Assembly (NCBI RefSeq): GCF_036588685.1
Contig: NC_086381.1
Span: forward strand, 27,590,001 to 27,654,000
DNA: 64,000 bases
From: Mytilus trossulus
Taxonomy: Eukaryota
Reading direction: 5' to 3'
Shown piece after piece: positions 25,089 through 37,920 of this stretch; the stretch's first letter is position 1, and the number at the start of each line of letters is the position of its first letter. The position numbers and the translations under genes are program-made. A model generated the notes under the pieces. The model saw only the letters and a program-made list of their open reading frames with translations. It had not been told where the DNA came from and searched no databases.

Positions 25089-25385
25089 GTTTCCAGTCAT
25101 GAAATAGGACATCTGTTTGGACTTGAACATTGTGAGTTCTTTCTGTGTCACATGAACGAAAGTTTGTCAATGGACGATGCTATGAACCAACCATTGTTTT
25201 ATTGTCCAGTCTGTTTACACAAAATCCAACATGTATGTCAGTTCAGTGTAGCTGAGAGATACCAGAAGTTAGAAACATTTATATCAGATATACATCAACA
25301 ATTTCCATCAGAGAAGTGGACACAGAGTCTCAAATTTCTTAAGAAATGTAGAGAATTTTTATCAAAAGAAGAAATTGTTCAATAA
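25089..25385 (+). CDS. AMZ2: Archaemetzincin-2-like, coding exon 2 (active site)
   Basis: VSSHEIGHLFGLEHCEFFLCHMNES...PLFYCPVCLHK is HEXXHXXGXXHCX4CXM...CXXC, diagnostic of M54. Acceptor TTTTCAG. The spliced product is 353 aa. Confidence 0.92.
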   Translation, partial: VSSHEIGHLFGLEHCEFFLCHMNESLSMDDAMNQPLFYCPVCLHKIQHVCQFSVAERYQKLETFISDIHQQFPSEKWTQSLKFLKKCREFLSKEEIVQ

Positions 25386-26444
25386 ATGTAAATCAGAGAT
25401 CCAACTTATTTTTAATTTTTTGTCAATGGAGGGTTAACCATAATTCAAAAATTGTTGACAAAACTACTTACTGGTATACAAAAAATATAAATAAAAGTAT
25501 ATTTGGAATTTTATTATAGAAATATTGAGATGTGGTATAATTGCCAATAAGGCAATGACTATCCACCAAAGTCCATATGAAGTGGATGTCTGTTATTATA
25601 TGCAACAATACAGCATTCAACAATGAGATAGTACCCATACAGTGAAGGCAGCTATGAAAGGCCCCAACATGGAGATATGAAAAAATTCAAATGAGAAAAC
25701 TATCAGCCTGATAACAAAACAATCTTGAAAACAAATATGAAGGACATGTAACAACTACATGTTTGTAGTATTCTTTTTAGTGTTTTGTTAATACAATACA
25801 ATCATACTGTTGTCAATGCAAGATGACCCAAAGGGAAGGAAAATTCAGAACTAACAGCAGATAAAAAAAACCTGTAAAGTAGATGTCAACGGTCTTAAAC
25901 AATAATACTGCAAGCTGTATCTTGTTTTGATTCTATAAATAAAGAATAATTAAACACATAACAAAAAAATATATTAAACATGACAAAATATATTGTAGCG
26001 TTAAACTAGTTTTGTCTTGATAAATTAAAAAAAAGCAAGACTTCGGTTTTGCTTTTTCTGTCTGCAGCAACATATGAATTCTATCAATATTAAAGCAAAA
26101 AGATATGGTATATACTGATTTCCAATGAGAAAGTTGCCACCAGAAACCAAACGATCTTAAAGTTAGAAAATATAAGTCCATGTCCAGCTTCAACTATGAG
26201 CAAAACCAATGTTGCTTATTAAGCAAGCAAGGGTCCAATCTTGACTAATTTATAACAATTCAAACAATAAAACTAATAGCCTGATTTATGTATAAAAAAA
26301 AACAAAAAAAAACAAAAATATGGTTGATAGTGACAACCGACAAAACCACTAAATCATTTTACAGGCTTCTGACTTGGACCAGACACATACAAAATGTTGT
26401 GGGGTTAATTATGTACCTAATCTGGAAGTTGGAAGAGTGGTGTT

Positions 26445-26511
26445 AATTATATTTCAGAACTGTCAGACCAATGAACTGCAATGGGCAGTTGGTTTTCCAC
26501 ACAGAGTTCAG
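26445..26511 (+). pseudogene. Duplicated 5' fragment of AMZ2-like coding exon 1
   Basis: ATTTCAGAACTGTCAGACCAATGAACTGCAATGGGCAGTTGGTTTTCCACACAGAGTTCAG aligns without gaps to 23451-23511 and still encodes MGSWFSTQSS. Confidence 0.75.
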
Positions 26512-26803
26512 CTATAAAGGCCCCAACACGAAAATTTGAACACTTCAATTGAGAAAACTAACAGCCTAATTATATAATAATTCAGGAAAAGCAAATATGA
26601 TAGACAAACTCTAATAGTTTTTCATCAATACAATACAATGTATATACAATGCAATATATACAATGGAAAGAACATACAAGCAAGTTTAAACAAAATAGTT
26701 CCTACTCATAGCTGTATCTTTGTCAAAAGGTGAAATTTTGGGGTAGTTTTGGTATCAAATGAAAGCTTGGGGACCTGGGATCACTATAGAACCCTTGTTC
26801 TTT

Positions 26804-26909
26804 TCAAAAATAAAAAAGAATAAACAATTGTACTAGGAGGGCATTTGCCCTGTTGTTCAGATCAGAAGTACCTGTTTTGTAGTATTTAACTTCTGGTAAC
26901 CAGTACGTT
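26804..26909 (-). CDS. Probable next exon of the uncharacterised membrane protein
   Basis: The acceptor TATTAG at 26910-26911 gives a phase-compatible (R)TYWLPEVKYYKTG. The exon ends either at a donor at 26871 or at the stop at 26804. Confidence 0.35.
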
Positions 26910-27119
26910 CTAATATATATGCAATTAAAGGTATTTTCATTTTTTTCAGCACAATTCAGGATAATGTATAATTTCGACACGAAATGACTGCCCCTTTTAA
27001 CCTTAAACAAAGGAGACATTAATCCTTGAAATTGAAGAGTTTGATTAACATAGAAAGCAAAGGGGATATGAATAAATGGTTTTATACCTAAAGAGATATT
27101 AATTCCCATGAGTTTTTAC

Positions 27120-27388
27120 CTCTGTTTAATTGCTTCTTTGTACAGTCTTTGCCTAGCCATCTTTCTTAGATGTTGTTCAGATTGCTGTTGTAGCTGTTGT
27201 TGTTGTTCAGGATGCTGTTGGATTTTAGGCTTCTGTTGTGGATTTTCAGGCTGTTGTTGTTCGGGTGGAGAATCATGGTGCACTTGTCTGGAAAAAATAT
27301 AAATCCCATTCATGCAAATAATACAACAGACTGTCATTAGAACAATTAATACTGCAATGTATTTAAAAGAATTAGTAAAAGAATTCAT
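27120..27388 (-). CDS. Uncharacterised type II membrane/secreted protein, exon with TM segment and Q/P-rich stem
   Basis: MNSFTNSFKY-IAVLIVLMTVCCIICMNGIYIF-SRQVHHDSPPEQQQP... The acceptor CCACCAG lies one base before the ATG; the donor is AG|GTAAAA at 27119. Confidence 0.55.
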
Positions 27389-27623
27389 TCTGGTGGAGTA
27401 AAATATAATTATTTATTATCTCATCACTTGGCATCTGGTGTCTTTCCTTAACTTGTACAAAAATCTTCTACTCTGAAACTACTGGGCTAAATAAATAGTT
27501 CCTTTTAATACCTGGTCACAAGAAAATTAAATAGAAATGATATTTGTAAAGCAGACTTTGTTCTATTAAAGCTGTATGATTCTCTGGATGAAACTTACAC
27601 ATTGACATCTGCTGAATTGATTG

Positions 27624-28185
27624 AAAGGAGTAGGTCTGGTAAGGACTGATTTTGGCCTCAAATTTCAGGTTCATCTGACGAAAGATTTTGACCACTTTTT
27701 AAACACTTAGTGTCTATTTCATCTGAATCAATTAGTTTATGTGAAAGATTTTAAATAATTTAGTCATTAAAAACGATCCGATTCAAGCTCAAATATGGAA
27801 AATCTACCAAATATGCTGAAAAATGTCACTTTTCAGATGGTTTTTGTCAAAAATGAAAGTGGCCGCATCCGTGTTCATCCTCAACATTTGTATATGTTAT
27901 GTATTTATCATAAAATATAACTTACGTTTCGATAAAAAGGATGAACACGAATGCGGCCACTTTCGTTATACATGAAATGCTAGAATTGTTGAGATTTCAG
28001 TAGTTTAGCATGACTTAATGGTGCCAGTACCCGATATATATGCATTGTATTGTCAAAAAGAGCCCATATTTATGTAGCAGAAGCATTCTACTGTCCAATA
28101 AATAACTAATAGTTTACATTTTAACAATTTTGTAAAATTACTATATTTTGGGGCCAAAAAGTGGTCTTACTGGACCTAATCTTTT
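27624..28185. mobile_element. MITE, second copy of the 7663-8245 family
   Basis: Colinear with 7663-8245, with the same TIRs and the internal hairpin AAAGTGGCCGCATCCGTGTTCATCCT / AGGATGAACACGAATGCGGCCACTTT. Confidence 0.82.
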
Positions 28186-29141
28186 ATAGGTTATCCTACT
28201 GCCTTTTCTGCTGCTCCTGTCCTACCATTACATACACCAAGGCTAAAGTGGTCGTTTCCTTGTGAACGGAGCACTATTGCAGCATCCTTCTGGACCACTG
28301 ACATTGCTGGCGACTTCCTCCTCTTTGGCCATGATATTATTCATTCTTATTTTAAATTTCTGAGGAGGTGAACACAGAGAAAATATTTCTTGAAAAGTTT
28401 GCTATGTATTCTAACCAAATTAAAACTGTAAAAATTTGCATTAATTTTTTGTGTTTAACCCTTTAGATAATGAAAATGAACCTGACCAAAATTATGGCCA
28501 AATAAACAATAAAACTGCAGATATTTCTGCATCTTAAGGTATCTAATTTATAAAAATCGCTCACAGATCTAAATGATAGGACATTTTTGAGTGGGAACTC
28601 ACTTTTGTCCTATGACTCTACAATGAGGTTTCTTATTCAACATCCTTGTATGTTTGAACGTTGTCTTCACTTTAGACAATAATATATAACACATCTTTTT
28701 CTTACACTGTTGGGATCAATTTTAAGACTTTAACTTATATATATGATCAGGATGATATGGCAAATTTCTATTAATTTCTTTCAAAATAAAAATTTATTAA
28801 AAAAAAAATATGAAAGGATAAGTTAGGCAACTTCAAGTGGTCATTATGGACTGAAAAATTAAGTTAGTGAGGAAAGAAAAAATAATTGCAGTTTTCAAAG
28901 TTATAAAGGGGAATAACTCTAGATTGGTCATCAACTAGCTGAACAAATTCAAACTCTGTGTGTGAGTTTTGGTTTTTACCAGTGTATGAGTTTCATATAT
29001 TTTTTTAAAGAATAAACTGAAGATAGAGTGCAGAATGAAATAGGAAGGACAGAGGGATGGTCAAGAGGCCATTAAATTAGCATACTCCTTGAAATCTTGT
29101 TGCCTTGGAAATTATATCAACAGCATAAACAACTACAATTG

Positions 29142-29262
29142 CAGGGGCGAATCCAGCCATTTTAATAAAGAGAGTTCCAACTATATGTCCCCATTCAAAT
29201 GCATTCATGGTCCAAAAAAAGGGGGGTTCAAACCCCCTATAACATTGCTGGATCCACCACTG
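29142..29262. mobile_element. Small MITE with CAG...CTG termini
   Basis: CAGGGGCGAATCCAG ... CTGGATCCACCACTG; flanks AATTG/AAATG (4/5 match). Confidence 0.6.
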
Positions 29263-31636
29263 AAATGATATAGAATAATCAGTGCCAACATTATTTTCAG
29301 TCCTTTCATTGTTTGTCAACAAATATTTTATATTTTTCTATTTCAAATTATTTGTTCTTTCTTTTGCTTATATTCTTTACTGCAGAATTTTTTAAAGGAT
29401 ATATTATAAGAGTATAATCAGACCTGGCTCTGTACATATAGAAGTAAATATGATATAATAAAAACTGGTTTAAAAGCTTTTTCCCTGTTTTATATTGATT
29501 CATATTTTAGGTTGCTTTTATTAATGTCCATGCAGTTGCACATATTCCTGCATGATTAGGATGTGCACAATCTTTTTTCATATATTTAATAACAAAACAT
29601 GTTTAAAGTAGAACTGTTCAAATTAAACAGAAGCTGTAAGATATGTGTAGATGAATTTAACACTATAATCATGATAATTAAATGTTGGAAACATTTTCTT
29701 TATAATTTAAAAAGCAAGAGTTATTCCTCTTTAAACCATATTTTGTACTGAAATGAAATAATAGCCTTATTCTGCATCATCATATGTTTATTCATGACAA
29801 AAAGTCTAAAAAAAATATTACATTTGCATTGTATATTGTCTGATTTTTTTTTCAATTTCTTTAAAACGTTGGAAGAAAAATTTAGGATCTAATGTACCCT
29901 TAAAATAAGGAAATAAACAGTTTTGATGATTTTTTTCCCTCTGTCTGTCCCATGTCTCTGAAAAATCAGTTTATAGCCTTGAAATATTTTAGTTCATTAG
30001 TTTATCAAAATTATATATATATCACCTTTCATTTTTCAGTATAATCAAGTATGTATCTTTATTAAATCAAAATATTCACCACAGCCTTACTTCAATTGGA
30101 AAACAAAACATTGTTCTGGGTTTCAAGATATGACCATGTTATTTTAATAAAAAAAAAAGTTATTAAATTAAAAATTTGTTTTTTTGAATAATCAGTTTGA
30201 CTGACAATAAATGATGGTACAGGGTATTTTAAACACCTTGCCAAAATTATTAGGTTTTTGCACATTCATGGGTAATAAAAATACAAAAAGATTATCTACT
30301 TTTTACCTATATCTAAGGTGTCAAAATTACCTGGTGATATACCAATTATATTTCCTGTTATAAAATGGAAAGTAGTGAACAGTTGTTAATTAAGTTCACC
30401 TGTAATTTTGACACCTGAACTCAGGACCTGACTTTGTCATTAGGATTTTGGCAGAAGAAATGACTACATGTAATATCTGGTAAGTAGAATGCATTTTACA
30501 TACAAAAAACAATTGTTTAAATTATGATGAGACTAAGGCCGTGTTCACATTGACCTAAACTCGGTGTTGTGTTAGTGTAACTCACACATAAACTAAACAT
30601 CATTACGTTCTCATTGATAAAACTCAATGTTTACATGTAGTGTATATCATGTTTTGTCTACATGCAGTCGATAGTCTATGTAGGTCTTGTGTAGGTTAAG
30701 TGTACACAAAACTAGGCATTCAGAACTTTAATTTTCCAATCATATATATTTTAAAAAGAAGCGATTTTTATATAAAATTGATACTTATAACACTTATTAA
30801 TAAAGTTCTTTGCAGAAACATTTGTCTTAACTTGATACATTTATTTGTTATAATTTTTTTAACGTAGCCTTATTAACCCCTAATCAAGACAAACAAGACT
30901 CATCCATCATCATTGCCGAACACATAATACACATAATTCATTTTAAAAGGTCTACCCGAATCAACTGGACGTACACACTGACAGAAATACTTGCCACTGG
31001 TCTTTACTCAAACAACGATTCACTCATAAATGCATTACTGAAAAAGGGTGAGGCTAATTGTTTTTTGTGCAGTATCTCAAGGAATCAAGAGCTTTGCATG
31101 AGGGAGATACATTCCTTAATTTATAATAATTTCTAATATTTTGTAACAGCAAATTTTAATAACACAAAAAATCCGTATTTTCATGCCAGTACCGAAGTAC
31201 TGGCTACTGGGCTGGTGATACCCTCTGGGACTAATAGTCCACCAGCAGAGGCATCGATCCAGTGGTAGTAATAAAATTAACAGTACCAATTTTCTTGCAC
31301 CACAAAAGGGGGTGTCTTTGGTTTCATTTTCATGGGTCAGCTACTGCTTTGAATGTGAATAACTAACTCATAATGAGTCAAAGGATAAAAATATTTGGTC
31401 AATGGGTTCCTTCGACATCTACATGACAAGACAGGGTTCACCTGACCTCCAGTTCATGTCATGGATCTGTGATCAAGGTTAATGCTATACACTTCTGTCC
31501 ATTTGTCAGATATTATAAGCAGGTCTGGTGCATTGGATAATTGTAAGTTGTACATGTCTGACTGAAATTATTTATTTGACATTGTCATGGATCTTCAAAA
31601 TAAATGAACTTTCAGGTGAATATAATACTTGTAGTT

Positions 31637-32198
31637 ATGGAGGCTCGAGGGTACAAATTTCAGAAAAGAAGAAGAAAAAAAATCATTACAAATTTTAATT
31701 ATTAGACTATTCAAATTGTTAGTTTATGATACGGTACAAAATTCAACCAAAAAAAATTATTCATTTTAGCCCCAGAAGACTTTTTAATCTTTTATATCAT
31801 TGAAAAAGCTTCAAATTATCTCCCTTTGATGCACAAATGCCATTATTTTGCATAGAAATTGAAATATCTTTCGTTACTCATCAGTGACCTATATTTTTTT
31901 TCAAATAAGCTGTACTTAAACTAGACAATTGTAAAATAGGCAATTTCTGATTTAGTTTTTTTTTATTTCGATATATTACCTACATTGTATATTTCTCCTG
32001 TATAATAGTTGCCAAGGAAAAAGTACCATAACAAAAATGCATGTTTTTTTATGAGGCAGATTGTGAGCTTAAATGAACTGTGGCCCAATTTTTTTATCTT
32101 ATTTTTTCTAATAGGTATAAAGTTAATTAAGTTAAATATAGAAAAAAATAGTGAAATCCTATATCTAAATAAATATCGACTTATACCCACCAGCCCCT
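31637..32198. mobile_element. Degenerate TIR element
   Basis: Imperfect inverted ends GGAGGCTCGAGGGTACAA ... TTATACCCACCAGCCCCT followed by TAA. Confidence 0.4.
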
Positions 32199-32750
32199 TA
32201 AAGGGGCACTATCTACGAGATATATAAAACATTTAAATAATAATTTTTTGGGTTCAATCATTAATGAAAGTGAAATAGTGAAATAATGATTTGCTTTTAC
32301 CAGTATGGTTATATTTTGTCAAAAGAAGAATTATCACTTGCAAACTTATGTTTATATTGTGTTATGTGAGGGTCAGTTGTGTTTGGGATCATTTTGATAA
32401 TTGACTAGACTAAAGTGCACATGAAATGAAGCTACATATTATCAAGTCTATGCCCTGTTAATTGTTTATTTTAGACTTTTTATAATTTGGATAATTGTTT
32501 TATATTGTTATTATCAATCTAGTATGAGAATTTCTGTAAAAACATTCATATAAAATTTATCAGATTACAGTTGGCCTCACCCTAAGGCCTTTAATTCAGT
32601 TAGAGTTAAGTTACATATACTGACTGACTTTAAAAATGCATCACTCAATTTGTAGATTTTTTTTACCAAATAATGTTTGATCCTCATACAACTACTATTT
32701 ATGCTTATCATACTTCTTTCTCTTTAAAAAAAAATAGACATCTGACTTAC

Positions 32751-33000
32751 CTGTGGTTATTGAACATACCAGATTATTTAGATCTCACGAATTTAATTTT
32801 ATTTCTTTGTGAAACAGTTCTTTCAATCCTTGGTCACACTTAAATCAGTTAAAATATGTTGCATCTCAATATTGCCACAACTGAATCAACCCATTGGAAT
32901 ACTGCAAACAGGAAAACATGAACGTGCTGCAACCAGACAATTTGACGTCCAAAACGCGTCTTACTGTCCTTCCGACAATGAAACCCGGAGAAGGGATTTG
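32751..33000 (-). promoter_or_regulatory. Putative promoter and non-coding first exon of the minus-strand gene at 27388
   Basis: Consensus donor CAG|GTAAGT at 32750, and a local CpG cluster (TGACGTC, ACGCGT, ACCCGGAG) at 32940-32990. Confidence 0.4.
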
Positions 33001-34921
33001 TTGAAGACCATCATGAACAGATAAACATGTAGTGAGAATGCACCTTCAATAGAATTTGAAATACAAAACGTCGTTTGCAAGACAGGTGTACGGCAGCAAT
33101 GTCAACTGCTTATCAAATTGCTGAATGCCATTTTGCACAGATTTGTGCGATACATGTTTCCCATTAACTGAACTGCCAAAGAATCGACTACAGAAAAACT
33201 TTTACAGCTAAATTACATTAATGCTAGCAAGAAAAATCTTTGTTTGGCTTGCTTGCTTTGCTTGTATCAATGTTTGCTCAAGCATGGCAATTAAGATAGG
33301 CAGGGCTTAAGCTTGTATACATCATACTTAAATTTTATTGGACGTTATGTTTGAGGTAAAGGACACTAAATTTTAAAACATCACAAGATGACAAATATAA
33401 AGCGCAAATGTAGAAACAGATACCAAAAAATTTCTCGAAGATAAGCATTTTTATCAACCAACTTAAAAGACTGTTGTCAAGTACTTTATGTAAAAAAAAA
33501 AGCTATTCGAACACACCTACTCTGATTTTGTGATTCATTACATAGGTATTTCATTTGACCCATATAGTTTATCTTTTAGTACTGTGATTGTTTTATGTTA
33601 TAAAGTCAACCTGTAGCTTTGCTATATAAAAATGATAGAATCTTAAGCGAGATGATGTATCAAATATTCTTGTTTTGTACGTTTTAAAGACAAAATATTC
33701 ATCTCAAACACACCCTAACATAAAGAAGGTGCACTTGATTTTCTAATAAAAGGGATAAACTAAGTAGGGGTGGAAATGACTTAATTTATCCCTTTTATTT
33801 ATTATTTCCATTGTTATTGAATATTGCACACTTTGGATTAATTTTTGCTTGTAAAACTTCAAACTGATTATTCTTGGTTTATAGAGAAGGCAATAAATGC
33901 TTTCTGTAATGTTTACTATAGTAACAAATTTTTTAAAAGTCAATAGAAACAAATAAAATAAAAAATTTCTTCTCAAATACGAAGTGTTTTATTGCAAAAA
34001 AACAACCATTTGCGTATGTTTTCAAGTTATCTATAATAGTTAAGAAGAACAATTAATATTCCAATTTCTTTTATGAAATTTTAGCACAAATAGATTGAAC
34101 TTTTTACAAAAACTTAGAATTTACATCCAATTTACCAAAAGTTCATAGGGAGCTATTAGTGTGAATAGCATATAACATATATACATGTTTGCTGAAATTT
34201 TATATCTATTATGTAACAAAACAATATTTTTTCATCTAATTAATTTCCACAAAAGCCTTACTTTAATAGGTATAAGCTCTTGTTTAAAAAAAATAAGGAA
34301 ATTGGCTAATAAAAAAAAAAGATATGGTTTGATTGCTAATGAGACAACTCTCCACAAGAGACCAAATGACACAGAAATTAACAGCTATAGGTCACTGTAT
34401 GGCCTTCAACATCTAAGGGGTGGTACAACCATATATCCAATTTCAAATGCATTGTTCGTTCAAAAAAAGGGGGATATTAAACCTCTCACAAGCCCCTTCT
34501 TCCCCCTCCCCCTGGATCTGCTACTGCTTGAACCCCTCTTTTTAGATAGGTTTAAATCATCTTTAAAGTTGAATTAATATGAATTTTAATAAATTGAACT
34601 ATTGATTTGCAAGCTAATAAAACATCAAATTTTGTGCTACATCATAAATTCACCTTTTAAAACAAATATGAGTAAGATGACACATCATTATGAAACTTTC
34701 CATCCTCATTAAATGGCAAAACCCTTGCAGATATGACTTGTGGCAAGGTTTTAATTTTAATTTTTATCTTTATACCTTTTTCCTCTGACTAAGTACCAAA
34801 TCTACACACATATGTATTTATTGACAGAAATTCTGACAGAAAATAAAAGTGATATCAAAGTTTGTACTTACCTTCATGGGAATTGACTTCTTTTCTTTGA
34901 AGAATGTAAATCTAAAAGTTC

Positions 34922-35453
34922 CTGGAATCACCACTTTAACTGGAATCACCACTGTAACGGGAATCACCACTGTAATGGGAATCACTGTAATGGGAATCAT
35001 TATAATTGGAGTCACTGTAATAGGAATCACCACTAAAAGGAATCACTGTAATGGGATAGGAATCACCACTAGAAGGAATCACTGTAATGTGATAGGAATC
35101 ACCACTAAAAGGAATCACTGTAATAAGATAGGAATCACCACTGCAATACAGGCAACACTGTAACGGGAATCACTGTAATGGGAACCACTGTAATAGGAAT
35201 CACCACTGTAATGGGAATCACTGTAATAGGAATCACTACTGCAATGCAGTCAACACTGTAACAGGAAAAGGAATCACCACTATAATTGGAACCACTGTAA
35301 TGGGAATCAACACTGTAATAAGAATCACCACTGTAAAGGGAATCACTGTAATAGGAATAACTGTAATATGAATCACTGTAATGGGAATCACCACCTGTAA
35401 TTGGAACCACCACTGTCATAAGAATCACCACTGTAAAAGGAATCACTGTAATG
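34922..35453. repeat. Minisatellite, 15/18-bp variants of GGAATCAC(CAC)TGTAAT
   Basis: About 30 degenerate units are visible; they explain the overlapping GITT/VIPIT/DSHYS ORFs. Confidence 0.9.
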
Positions 35454-37757
35454 AAATCTCAACTGCATTTTGGTAATCACCTCTGATATGTAAAAAGAAA
35501 AGATATAAATAATCCATGAATAAATGCAAGGTAAACAAACCAATAACGAAATATTGAATAATACAAAAAAAAAAAAAATTATTTTCTTTTAGGATAAGTA
35601 AACTCTAATACACTGACCATAGACAATGGCAGAAACAATTTCATCATGCACCTGTGCAATAGATCGGCATAAAGTTTTACCTTTATGATAATTGTGATTT
35701 TTGGTTTTTCACCTGATTAAATTATGAAAAACATACATTCGGACATAATGTAATGTTTACATTTTTTCTGACTGAATCTCTATAATTGATGTAGTTTCGA
35801 AGTAGCTTTTTCTGTTATTTTTAAATTCTTGATAAATTCAATTTTATAAATAATTATTTGCCAAAATAGTGTTGGTAATAAAAAGTATATAACGAATTAA
35901 ACATAAACATATCTGAATTCTAATATATTTGAAAATAGACCTAATAAAACTAAATTAAGATAAAGTGATCATATTTTATTAATAGAAAATGGAGACACCT
36001 AAGAATCCCTATGGAAAACCGCTTGTGTCAGTCTTGCAATACAATTAAGATTCCACCCTCCCCCTGCTACACCATTCTTAATCAATTTGGGACCAATATT
36101 ATAAAATAAAATATTAAACCTAGTAATTTTGACCCCCACCTCAAGCTATTTGAATTAAGTTTTTTTCTATCCTTCCTTGATTTTTTTATGTCGTTCCTTA
36201 AGGTAAAATATAAAATCAGACAATCTACTAATAACAGTGATATTTCAAGTTGTTGAAGACCATTGGTCATTTATATTTTTGCATTTCTTCCAAATCTTGA
36301 TCCCTCTTTTTAGCCCACGTTATTTTGCAAAACAACACAAACTGTTTCATAGTTGCCCTTTATAAAATTAAAATCATGATATCCATGCATCTGAGTTAAG
36401 TGCCATCTCAAAATGTTTGACATAATTTTTTTCCAAATTATAAAACTAATTTAATTTTGGGCTATGAAAATTGGGATGAACATTTTGAAATTTAACTAAA
36501 TCGAATCATAACATGGTTTATCCTGGTCTTACCTTAGATGATCTATATATACATGTACATAGATTTGGAACAAGGAAAGCATAATATCAAATTTCAAAAT
36601 ACATTCTAGTTTGTTTTTTTTTATAAAATAAAATATTGGAAGATTTCCTCTTTTTATTGAAATTGTAACCCATATGTGGATGTTGATGTATTGCCACTAT
36701 CTTGTAAACTCACTTAAAAGCTGTGTAATCAGCTTCCAATAAACACCCAACAGGAGAGAGATGTAGTTACAGATGTAGTTACAACCAATTCCATGTATAA
36801 TGCAATTTAAGACAAATGGACAAAGTGTTGTAAACAGCTAAAAAAAACTTTAAAATTAAGGCCTTGCATCCACTACATATATATATAAACAGTGGCCAAA
36901 CCAAAAATCCTGAAACACAATAATCTTAAATCTTAAATCTTTCTCAAACTGCAAATTTAATTCAGCTACCATACCATTTGTTGCAGTGGTTGAGGGTGGT
37001 TGGCATCTCTACGATTAATGCATTTGAAAGAGGTAATCTGGGTTGGGTGATCCCCTTCTTATAAAAACAGCTGAATCTGCCCCTGGCTATGATGAAAAGT
37101 TTTTTTGTTCTGCATTCTGTTTTTGTTGTGATCTCTGTCAATCACTCTTTTTGGTCCTAGGGACGGTGCAATATTTACCAAGCAGGGGGAACCGGTGCAA
37201 ATCGCAAAACCTGTGTGTGGAAAAAAGTATTGTCCCATGCTGATGTGATAGGAAAAAAAGTTATGTCCCATGACCTCTATTCATTAAAAAAGTATGTGTC
37301 CCATGAAAATCCATGTTGATTTGAAAAAGTTATAAAAAAATTAAAGATGCCTATCTGAATTTATATAATAATTTTTATTTTTACCTATTGTAAAATTCAA
37401 CTCTTTCATTTCACAGCAATAAATCAAACTACCTAATAAGCGTGAATTTTTTAAGATCGATATTTAATTTTGTTAGATGGGCTGATTTACACCAGTCAAA
37501 ACTAAAATTGTTTATCATATTATGTTTCTGTTTGAATGTTTAGTGTGTGTATTTTGGGATTAAAATAATTTTTTTACTACTTAAGCATTTGAAAAAAGTG
37601 TATGTCCCATGCATTAAGATTATGAAAAATCATCAGGTCCCACTACTTTGCACGTTGAAAAAAGTACATATCCCCTTACCATTTGCACCCCCCTGCTTGA
37701 TAAATAATGCACCCTCCCCTACAATTTTTAATTTTTTTGAAGACTTTACATAATTGT

Positions 37758-37920
37758 CAGAGGTGGATTTAGGGGGGGGCAGGGGGCCCGCCCCCCCCCC
37801 TTTTTGGGAAAAAAATTGGTTGCGTATATAGGGAATCACTGAAGCGTGACTGGAGCCGGTCCCCTCTTAATAGGTCAGTCAGTGGGCCCCCACTTATGAA
37901 CATTTCTAGATCCGCCACTG
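37758..37920. mobile_element. GC-rich MITE with CAG...CTG termini and 5-bp TSD
   Basis: CAGAGGTGGATTTAG ... CTAGATCCGCCACTG, flanked by ATTGT on both sides. A partial relative lies at ~18840-18902. Confidence 0.7.

Noticed and set aside
31110-31302. Probable SINE-like interspersed repeat
   Set aside because: It looks like a repeat body, but it is single-copy in this window with no clear boundaries or TSD, so it cannot be supported from the sequence alone.
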